Shown here: piece by piece, positions 5,648-12,676 of the stretch
Layout: every line of letters starts with the position of its first letter
Numbering within the stretch: position 1 is the stretch's first letter
Origin: Fibrobacterota bacterium
Lineage (GTDB): Bacteria; Fibrobacterota; Fibrobacteria; UBA11236
DNA length: 12,676 nucleotides
Assembly (NCBI GenBank): GCA_043753995.1
Contig: JAYUVP010000005.1
Span: 1 to 12,676 of the forward strand
Reading direction: 5' to 3'
Notes under the pieces: model-generated
Databases searched by the model: none
Told to the model about the DNA's origin: nothing
Seen by the model: the letters and a program-made list of their open reading frames with translations, nothing else
Position numbers and translations under genes: made by a program

Positions 5648-8224
5648 ATGAAAAACGTGTCCGGTCCAATGCGCTTCGTTCTCGGCACGGGCTTGTTTTG
5701 CCTCTCAAGTCTTTTATTCCTCGCGGGCTGTTTAAATCAAGAGCCGGATATTGAAACCACCGCCCATTATTTGCGTTTGCATTTGCCTGACTCGTTGACG
5801 AAGAGCGACTCCATCCACATCGAAGTTCTCAATGCTAAGAATGACAGCTCAGTAGAACTCATTTTTCACGGTAAGCTCCTCGATAAAGCGCAATTGGAGA
5901 AAATCAAGGTTACCCATTATGATGGGGGCGAACTGAGATTGCGCGTGACCCAATTTAATGCCTTGTATACGGTAGTCATCATGGTTTATGACTATCAAGG
6001 CGATGGCGAAACCACGATCTTGAGTCATGTGATTATTCGCACCCTCCCACCTGCACGCGATTCGGTTCTGCCAACCATGACCTTGCGCGGAAAAAATACG
6101 GTGGAAAGCTATGTCGGTATTCCTTATGAAGACAGCGGGGCAGCCTGTCGCGACAAACAGGGCAATGCCTTCGAGGCCACCCTGTCGGGCTATGTCGATT
6201 CAAGGCAACTCGGCGTTTACACCCTGACCCTCCTATGTCGCACCTCCGATGGTTTGGTCTCGCTTCCCGCCAAACGAGTGATTCGCATTGTCCCCCTGCC
6301 CACCTCCCCGGACACCGTCGCGCCCAGCCTATCCCTGCTCGGCAAGGACATTATTCGTTTAGGCTTAGGGGAGCCCTATGTCGATAGTGGCGCGACCTGC
6401 GTCGACGATCGGGAAGGTTCGCTCTTGCCCCAATCCTCAGGCGTGGTGAAAATCACGCAGCCTGGCACCTATGTCGTCGAATATATCTGTCAAGACAAGG
6501 CCGGAAACTCGTCAGCGCGCTTGAAGCGTTATGTCGTGATTCAAAGCCCTATCCTTTCTGCCGATTCCCTGGCGCCATTATTGACGTTGAGAGGACGGGA
6601 TACTTTGGAATTGCTGAAAAAACAGACTTATCGTGATAGCGGCGCGATTTGCCTGGATGATCGAGATGGCCCCATCCCTGTGACCGGAGACGGCGTGGTG
6701 GACCCCGAAAATGTCGGCACCTATCGCCTTCGCTATGATTGCCAGGATAAGGCGGGTCATAAAGCCATCACCGTGATGCGGGTCATTTTTGTGCGCGATC
6801 CCGTCACTCCGCCAGACACCTTATCTCCGACCTTGGCGCTAAACGGTCGCGATACGGTCCTCTTGAGCTTATACCAAGCCTTTGCCGATCCGGGCGCCAC
6901 GTGCACCGACAATCGTGACGGCATTTTTGCGGCGCTCATTGAAGATCAAGTCAAAACCGGAAGCGCTGGAATTTTTACCGTCCACTACTTATGCCAGGAT
7001 CGAGCGGGCAATAGCGCCAATCGCGGCTTACGCATGGTCCAGGTTTTGGAGCCGGTCGATGCGACACCTCCTTTCACTTATTTGGTAGGCCGCGCGGATA
7101 CCACTATCATGCAAGGGAAGCCTTACAAGGACCCTGGGGCGCATTGCGAAGACAATCGCGACGGATCTTTCGAGCCCATCATACTCGGTAGCGTGGACGT
7201 CACTTCGATAGGTGTGCACACCTTAATTCTACGCTGTGAGGACAAAGCTGGAAATAGCAGCCAAGCCACTCGCAAAGTCACGGTAACCTTGGGCCCAGAT
7301 ACCCTGGCTCCCGTCATCACCATGCGTGGCCCGGAGACGGACAGTCTTCCGCTAGGGGGTTTATTCGTTGACGACGGCGCGACTTGCCAAGACGACCGGG
7401 ACGGTCGATTCGAGGCGCAGCATCTTGGTAAAATCGAGCCGGGAGTGATCGGACCCCATTCCTTGCGTTATCTCTGCCTGGATGGTGCCGGCAATCTTTC
7501 CGACACTTTAACTCGCGTCGTGAATGTCCTAGCGGTCACCGACACCCAGAAAACGGTGATTCTCAAGGTGACCAAGGATGCAGCCATGAATCTGAATAGC
7601 AGCCTATCGGATAATGGTTTTTCTCCCGTGCAGGGCTTCGTGCAGGCGGGCAGTGGTTTCGCATCGGTCCTGGCCTACGATTTCACGGGCATCAACCAAG
7701 CGACTATCAAGCGAGCGGTGATTCGTAGTCCGACCTTCATGTTTCCGCGAGCTTATTCTATTGGCGAACTGAATCTGGGCGTGCGCATTCGCGCTCTCAC
7801 CCAGAGTTGGGTGGAGGGGACGGGGAATTGGTATTGGCATGATGGAGGCTGGCGCAATAATGGCGCGACCTTGCTCAAATATTATGGGATGCCCGACAGC
7901 CTAAAGGCCCGCAGCACCAATCCTGCCATCAAGACGGGAATCAATAATATGGAAGCCGCCTATTTTAACGACGACAACTTGACCGCGGTCGCCACCACGA
8001 CACTCCAGGTGACCTATACCAATTCCGAATATTTCGTGGTGCCGCGACAAGAGGAAATGGTGCCTATCGAATTCGATATCACGGATTATATGAAAACCGC
8101 CGATCTCAGTGCCAACCAGGGTTTTTTCATTCAAGTGAATACTCCCACCGGCTATCAAGTCTGCATGCTGGCTCGGCAAATTGGCAGTGGCGATTACTCG
8201 CCTCAATTGATTATTGAATACTGA
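5648..8224 (+). CDS. Large lipoprotein with six DUF5011/HYR-like Ig repeats and a C-terminal DNRLRE/CBM96-like domain
   Basis: Lipobox LAGC (Cys28), starting 6 nt after the previous stop. Repeat consensus D..P.L.L.G...Y.D.GA.C.D.RDG...G.Y...Y.C.D.AGN...R.V.V. The C-terminal domain has VTKDA...VLAYDF...QSWVEGTG...FDITDYM...NQGFFI...PQLIIEY. Confidence 0.85.
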   Translation: MKNVSGPMRFVLGTGLFCLSSLLFLAGCLNQEPDIETTAHYLRLHLPDSLTKSDSIHIEVLNAKNDSSVELIFHGKLLDKAQLEKIKVTHYDGGELRLRVTQFNALYTVVIMVYDYQGDGETTILSHVIIRTLPPARDSVLPTMTLRGKNTVESYVGIPYEDSGAACRDKQGNAFEATLSGYVDSRQLGVYTLTLLCRTSDGLVSLPAKRVIRIVPLPTSPDTVAPSLSLLGKDIIRLGLGEPYVDSGATCVDDREGSLLPQSSGVVKITQPGTYVVEYICQDKAGNSSARLKRYVVIQSPILSADSLAPLLTLRGRDTLELLKKQTYRDSGAICLDDRDGPIPVTGDGVVDPENVGTYRLRYDCQDKAGHKAITVMRVIFVRDPVTPPDTLSPTLALNGRDTVLLSLYQAFADPGATCTDNRDGIFAALIEDQVKTGSAGIFTVHYLCQDRAGNSANRGLRMVQVLEPVDATPPFTYLVGRADTTIMQGKPYKDPGAHCEDNRDGSFEPIILGSVDVTSIGVHTLILRCEDKAGNSSQATRKVTVTLGPDTLAPVITMRGPETDSLPLGGLFVDDGATCQDDRDGRFEAQHLGKIEPGVIGPHSLRYLCLDGAGNLSDTLTRVVNVLAVTDTQKTVILKVTKDAAMNLNSSLSDNGFSPVQGFVQAGSGFASVLAYDFTGINQATIKRAVIRSPTFMFPRAYSIGELNLGVRIRALTQSWVEGTGNWYWHDGGWRNNGATLLKYYGMPDSLKARSTNPAIKTGINNMEAAYFNDDNLTAVATTTLQVTYTNSEYFVVPRQEEMVPIEFDITDYMKTADLSANQGFFIQVNTPTGYQVCMLARQIGSGDYSPQLIIEY
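6059..7531 (+). repeat. Six tandem Ig-like protein repeats of about 82 aa, diverged at DNA level
   Basis: Repeats begin DSVLP, DTVAP, DSLAP, DTLSP, DATPP and DTLAP (residues about 138-628). Each has exactly two Cys at equivalent positions. Confidence 0.9.
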
Positions 8225-8230
8225 GACTCC

Positions 8231-10021
8231 CTAATCGCCGCCTTTCGCCAACCGTCGAAACAAGGTGGCGCGGCTCACGCTTAATACTTGCGCCGCTTTA
8301 TCCTTGTCGCCCGAGCACAAGGACAAGGCCTTGGCTACATATTCGTTTTGAAAATTCGTGGTGGCTTCTTCTAGGCTGAGCCAACTCGTGGCAGGCGAGG
8401 GAAAGTCCAAAGTCACCAAGGCGCTACGGGACAAAATCGCGCCCTTGAGTACGGCGTTTTGCAATTCGCGCACATTGCCCGGCCAGCGATAGGCCAGCAT
8501 TTGCGACAAAGAATCGGGGTGAAAGTCGCTCAAGGTTTTGCTTGGGTTTTGGGCTTTCGCTTTTTCCAGGAAATGATAGGCCAGGAGAATCACGTCGGAG
8601 CCGCGCTCGCGCAAGGGCGGCAAGGTCAGGGTATGCTGAGCTATCCGGAAATAAAGGTCTTCGCGAAAAAGCCCTTTAGCCACGGCTTCGGACAAATCGC
8701 GATGGGTCGCGCAGAGAATGCGGGCATCGGCTTCTTCTTCGGTGACCTGGCCGAGCGGCCTCACCCTGCGGGTTTCGAGCACACGTAGAAGGCTGGCTTG
8801 CAGGGATAGGTCGAGCTCGCCGATTTCGTCGAGAAAAAGCGTGCCGCCATGCGCCGAAGCGAATAGACCGCGATGGTCGCGCACGGCTCCCGTAAAGGCC
8901 CCGCGTTTATAGCCGAACAATTCTCCCGCCAGCATTTCACCGCGCAAGGTCGAGCAATTGAGCGCCAAAAAAGGTTTGTTTCGGCGCAGGCTTTTGCGAT
9001 GCAGCAATTGCGCGAATAATTCCTTGCCTGATCCGGTCTCCCCTTGGATGAGCAGGTTCAGCTGCGAGGGTGCCAATAAGACGGCATCCTGGATGGCAGC
9101 GTGCAAAGCCGCACTATTGCCCAGCAAGCCCACTTCGCCGGCCTCCTCGTGGACGGCGCGTAGCAGGCGGCTTTGTTGATCGATGAAGGCGGCATGATGC
9201 ACCAAGGAACCCGCTAAAGTCGCGAAAAGGGAAAGCGTATCGCGATCTTCGGGAGTGAAGGCATGCACCGTGGAATTCGATCCGACATAAAACAGACCCA
9301 AAACCCGCCCCGCTACCTGGATGGGACAGCAAATCACCGATCGCAAGCGCAAAGACGAAATGCTTTCCGAGGCCGAAAAGAGAGGGTCCTCCAGGCCGCT
9401 GCTCAAAAGCAAGGGCTGCCCGCTTTTCAAGGTGGCTTGAACTATGGTGTCAGAGAAAAGCTTTCCGGTATCCCGTTCGCGCGTGCCCACTAGGACATCT
9501 GGGCGGCCCGTGGCGTCGATATTGAACACGAAGCCGTCCGAAGCTCCCAGCAATTTCACCAAGGCCTTCAATAGTCCATTTAACAAAGCCCGCAAGTCGG
9601 TTTCCGCCCCGAGCGAAACATGAAAATCCCGGAGCGCCGACAAAACGCGTTCGCTTTGTCCGTGGCCCGTGGACGTGGACACCTCGCGATAGGGTGGAGC
9701 CGATTTCGTTTCAACGACAATCATCGAGGGCTCTAAAACCCAGGTTTCCCCACTCAAGCAAAGTCGGTCGCCCGATCGCAAGCTGGCTTCCGCAACGCGC
9801 TGGCCATTGCATTCGAAAGTCCAGCCAGGCACAAGGCTTTCCGCATGCCAACCCTGGGTGCGCCAAGTGAATTGCAAGGCATAGGCCGGGGCCTCGGCGG
9901 GAAGCAGCCAATCATTGTCAGGGGCCGATCCTGCGACATGTACGGGACCGGTCAAGGAATAAAGTTCGGTACTTGTGGCAGCAAATCGGCGAAGCGACCA
10001 TGTCGCGGTAGGAAAAGACAT
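8231..10021 (-). CDS. Sigma-54-dependent enhancer-binding protein: degenerate FHA-like, GAF, AAA+ and Fis-type HTH domains
   Basis: Walker A GETGSGKE, ELFGYKRGAFTGA, Walker B LFLDEIGEL, FREDLYFRI, WPGNVRELQN, and HTH KAAQVLSVSRATLFRRL. GAF segment SESISSLRLRSVICCPI...VLGLFYV...FTPED. FHA-like N-terminus GSAPDND...NGQRVAEASLRSGDRL. No receiver domain. Start ATG 10021 is preferred, with TTG 10039 as the alternative. Confidence 0.93.
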   Translation of the reverse strand: MSFPTATWSLRRFAATSTELYSLTGPVHVAGSAPDNDWLLPAEAPAYALQFTWRTQGWHAESLVPGWTFECNGQRVAEASLRSGDRLCLSGETWVLEPSMIVVETKSAPPYREVSTSTGHGQSERVLSALRDFHVSLGAETDLRALLNGLLKALVKLLGASDGFVFNIDATGRPDVLVGTRERDTGKLFSDTIVQATLKSGQPLLLSSGLEDPLFSASESISSLRLRSVICCPIQVAGRVLGLFYVGSNSTVHAFTPEDRDTLSLFATLAGSLVHHAAFIDQQSRLLRAVHEEAGEVGLLGNSAALHAAIQDAVLLAPSQLNLLIQGETGSGKELFAQLLHRKSLRRNKPFLALNCSTLRGEMLAGELFGYKRGAFTGAVRDHRGLFASAHGGTLFLDEIGELDLSLQASLLRVLETRRVRPLGQVTEEEADARILCATHRDLSEAVAKGLFREDLYFRIAQHTLTLPPLRERGSDVILLAYHFLEKAKAQNPSKTLSDFHPDSLSQMLAYRWPGNVRELQNAVLKGAILSRSALVTLDFPSPATSWLSLEEATTNFQNEYVAKALSLCSGDKDKAAQVLSVSRATLFRRLAKGGD

Positions 10022-10028
10022 GCGGGGC

Positions 10029-10034
10029 AATATA
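10029..10034 (-). promoter_or_regulatory. Putative sigma-70 -10 element of a leaderless transcript for the activator gene
   Basis: The minus strand reads TATATT-gccccgc-ATG: the hexamer is 7 nt before ATG 10021 and there is no SD. A weak -35-like CTGCCA lies 16 nt further upstream. Confidence 0.5.
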
Positions 10035-10128
10035 CGCAAGTGGGGGACGCTGGCAGAGTAGGTTAATGTCTAGGCTGGCTGGCGATAGCCAGGAAAACAG
10101 AGCCGTCGAAAACTTATCGTGTGAGGGT

Positions 10129-10168
10129 GGAGTCGGTGGATACCCCACTTTTTTATCCGCCTGACTCC
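10129..10168. other. Long imperfect inverted repeat (14-bp stem) in the divergent intergenic region
   Basis: GGAGTC-GGTGGATA-(ccccacttttt)-TATCCGCC-t-GACTCC, with one G:U pair on the + strand and a 1-nt bulge. Confidence 0.55.
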
Positions 10169-10210
10169 GATGCGCCTGGGGCAATACAAAGTTTACCTCT
10201 TTTAGTTTTT

Positions 10211-10232
10211 GCTCGTCTTGGACGAGCGTTTT
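10211..10232 (+). terminator. Terminator-like hairpin upstream of the TIGR02147 gene
   Basis: GCTCGTC-TTG-GACGAGC-GTTTT. The U-tract is short, and no + strand CDS ends immediately upstream. Confidence 0.35.
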
Positions 10233-10282
10233 GGGGCTAGGTTCTGGACGCCTACCCCCTGGCCCCGATTAACTTTCCAATT

Positions 10283-11110
10283 ATGTCTGCCGCGCCCGAC
10301 GTGAACATCTTCAGTTATACAGATTTCCGGAAATTTCTAGAGGATTACTACCACACGCGCAAGCGGTCCGAGAAGAAATTCTCCCACCGCTTTATACAGG
10401 AAAAGGTCGGAGCCAGTTCGGCTGGATGGTTTGCCGACGTCACCAAAGGCCGGACCAACATTCCCGGCGGATTCATCATCAAACTGGCCAAGCTCCTCCA
10501 GCTCAAGTCCACGGAGACCGATTATTTCGAATCCATGGTCCTGTTCGGGCAATCTGCGTCCCTCGAAGAACGCACCCGCTACTTTCAGAAGATGGTGGCC
10601 TTCAAGGAGGTGCGCGCTGACATGGTGGGGATGGACCGCCTCGAGTTCTATTCGAAGTGGTACCACGGCGCCATACGCGAGTTGCTTTTCTTTCATCCCT
10701 TCCGCGGCGATTACGCCGATCTAGCGCGAAAGCTGAGCCCGCCCATCCGCCAGGCAGAGGCGCGCGATAGTGTGGCCCTGCTTGAACGTCTCGGGATGGT
10801 GGAGCCCAACAACATCGGCGGCTTCAAATCAAAGGAAGCCGTGCTCAAGCGTGATCCCACATTTCCTTCGGTGGTGATGGCCAACTTCCTGAAGAATAAC
10901 ATGGAGCTGGCGATCGAGGCGCTCGACCGCTATTCAAAGGAGGAGCGCGACGTGTCGGCCCTGACCGTGTCGCTCTCCGAGAAGGCATTCTTGCAGGTGA
11001 AGGAAGATATCCGCGCAATGCGAAAAAAGATCCTGGCAATGACCGAGATCGACCTGGCACCCTCGAAGGTCTACCAGTGCAATTTTCAATTCTTTCCGCT
11101 GTCCCTCTGA
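10283..11110 (+). CDS. TIGR02147 family protein (DUF4423; N-terminal HTH-like domain)
   Basis: Family hallmarks: IFSYTDFRKFLEDYY...FSHRFIQEKVG.SSAGW..DV.KG, FYSKWYHGAIRELL, LLERLGMV, EERDVSALTVSLS, and the terminal VYQCNFQFFPLS. Length 275 aa. Confidence 0.92.
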   Translation: MSAAPDVNIFSYTDFRKFLEDYYHTRKRSEKKFSHRFIQEKVGASSAGWFADVTKGRTNIPGGFIIKLAKLLQLKSTETDYFESMVLFGQSASLEERTRYFQKMVAFKEVRADMVGMDRLEFYSKWYHGAIRELLFFHPFRGDYADLARKLSPPIRQAEARDSVALLERLGMVEPNNIGGFKSKEAVLKRDPTFPSVVMANFLKNNMELAIEALDRYSKEERDVSALTVSLSEKAFLQVKEDIRAMRKKILAMTEIDLAPSKVYQCNFQFFPLSL

Positions 11111-11111
11111 G

Positions 11112-12676
11112 ATGAAGATCCCCACCCCGGTCGCGATGTTTGCGGCACTAATCGTGATGCAGTTCATCGGGTGCATTCTCGACGGACGTCATGCGGGCCG
11201 TGGTTCAGAAGTGGAGAACGAACTGAGCGTGTACGGCGTGCTTGTCGATGAAAGGGGCAAACCCATATCAGGCGCGACGGTTATGGCGAATCCCTCAGCC
11301 GTGGGTGTGGGCAAGCGCGCGCGTGCGTCTGCGGACGACGCGTACGATTCGGTCGTCACCGATGGGAAGGGCCGGTATGACTTCGGAAAATTGCGGGTAG
11401 GCGCGTACGATTTCTTCGGGTCCGCGTCAGCGGGCGATCTTGTTGTACTCATCCCCTCGGTGGAGGTCCTTGATCCGTCCCTGCCCATGAATGTCGGGAC
11501 CGATACTTTGCGGGCTCCGGGCCGTATCCGCGGTCGTGTGCTGGTGGGTACCTCCGGCAAGCCTGCGGTCCTCTGTTACGTGCCAGGCACCTCGTTCCTG
11601 GCGGCTACGGATGATTCCGGCCGTTTCGAACTCAGCGGTATCCCCCAAGGGAGGTACCGCTTAAGTTACTCAACGCCGGGATTTCTGATCGTCTCGGATA
11701 CGGGAGTGGCTGTGCGCGCAGGTGAAACCTCCATGCTGTCCGATAAATACCTGGCTTACGATCCAGCCTTACCCCCTCCGCCGCCGGTGGAAGTACGCGC
11801 GTCCTACGATACGTTGAGGGAGAGCGTCAGCCTCATGTGGGACAGGATACCCGTGTCGGATCTGGATGGCTACGTGGTATATCGCGATGATCCGTCCTTC
11901 CTGGATCCGAAACCGATCGTGGACGGTTTTACGGAAGGGGAGGCATTTATCGATTCCACACTCAATAACTTGCTGCCTGGGGAAACCCGGAATCTCGTCT
12001 ATCGGATCAAGGCTCGCGACCGTGAAGCCAATCTTAGCGTCAGCTATTCAACCCCCACCTATGTCGTGGCGGTTTCCAGATCGTACGTCTCCACAACACT
12101 GTTCTCCCGGACACCTGATGCGCGGAACGGGGTAGTTAGCATCGGGGATTCCGCACGGATTGTTCTGGAGTACGCGAATCCGACCCGGCCCATCGTGGAG
12201 ATAGAGTGGCACATACAAGGCCAGGACGTGATCCTCCGGTCGGCCACTGTATCCGTTCTGAGAGGCACGGATACCCTACGATGGAAAGCCGCTGGGGCGG
12301 GGTCGGTAGTATTCAAGGCAAGGGCGCGCGACGAGGCTGGGATGGACTGGACGGACAGCCTCTCCCTTACCGTTGTCTCAGATCGACCGAGCGCCTGGGC
12401 GGGCCAGGATACGATCGTGACTTTGGGAGATAGAGTCTATCTGCACGGGTCCGGCGGCGACGGATACGGATCGATTCGGCTTTGGGAATGGGATATCGGC
12501 GGCAAGGGAATATTCCGTTCCGGATCGCCGGACACTGCTTTTTCCGCGCTAACCTCCGGTCCCCGGCAATACCCCTGCATCCTGCGCGTTACCGATGACG
12601 ACGGCATGATGGATACCGATACCATTATTGTAAACATCATCACGGATCCCCCTAAGGCCTTGGCTGGCAACGATAC
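11112..12676 (+). CDS. Large lipoprotein (two carboxypeptidase-regulatory-like/CnaB beta-sandwiches, FN3, Ig-like and PKD repeats), 3'-truncated by the window edge; not in the ORF track
   Basis: ATG is 1 nt after the TIGR02147 TGA, and hand translation is open to the window end (over 520 codons). Sequence: MKIPTPVAMFAALIVMQFIGC (lipobox FIGC), HAGRGSEVEN, GVLVDERGKPISGATV...TDGKGRYDF, YVPGTSFLAATDDSGRFELSGIPQGRY, LMWD..PVSDLDGYVVYR...YRIKARD (FN3), PSAWAGQD...WEWDIGG...LRVTDDDG (PKD). A second PKD repeat begins at DPPKALAGND. Confidence 0.88.
   Translation, partial: MKIPTPVAMFAALIVMQFIGCILDGRHAGRGSEVENELSVYGVLVDERGKPISGATVMANPSAVGVGKRARASADDAYDSVVTDGKGRYDFGKLRVGAYDFFGSASAGDLVVLIPSVEVLDPSLPMNVGTDTLRAPGRIRGRVLVGTSGKPAVLCYVPGTSFLAATDDSGRFELSGIPQGRYRLSYSTPGFLIVSDTGVAVRAGETSMLSDKYLAYDPALPPPPPVEVRASYDTLRESVSLMWDRIPVSDLDGYVVYRDDPSFLDPKPIVDGFTEGEAFIDSTLNNLLPGETRNLVYRIKARDREANLSVSYSTPTYVVAVSRSYVSTTLFSRTPDARNGVVSIGDSARIVLEYANPTRPIVEIEWHIQGQDVILRSATVSVLRGTDTLRWKAAGAGSVVFKARARDEAGMDWTDSLSLTVVSDRPSAWAGQDTIVTLGDRVYLHGSGGDGYGSIRLWEWDIGGKGIFRSGSPDTAFSALTSGPRQYPCILRVTDDDGMMDTDTIIVNIITDPPKALAGND

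Noticed and set aside
11189..12670. Short ORFs listed in the track beyond 11110
   Set aside because: All overlap the uninterrupted + strand lipoprotein frame starting at 11112, which the track omitted because it has no stop codon in the window.

Overview
Bacterial accessory region, probably Fibrobacterota (inferred from a TIGR02147/DUF4423 gene paired with a lipoprotein). Left to right: the 3' part of a sugar-phosphate nucleotidyltransferase gene, then a minus-strand secreted tectonin-like beta-propeller/polysaccharide-lyase-like fusion. Next is an apparently self-contained signalling cassette (about 2582-10034). It has a small secreted target gene resembling AB5-toxin B subunits, with its own terminator, RBS, near-consensus sigma-54 -24/-12 promoter and tandem palindromic enhancer sites. 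It also has a divergent three-gene operon (membrane Hanks Ser/Thr kinase with PEGA-like tail, TPR-like membrane-anchored protein, lipoprotein with six Cys-paired Ig repeats and a DNRLRE/CBM96-like tip) and a convergent FHA-like/GAF/AAA+/HTH sigma-54 activator with no receiver domain and a degenerate FHA. The window ends with a TIGR02147 gene and a coupled large Ig/FN3/PKD lipoprotein that runs off the end and is absent from the ORF track. No rRNA, tRNA, CRISPR array or mobile element was seen. All domain calls come from motif recognition by eye, not database searches.
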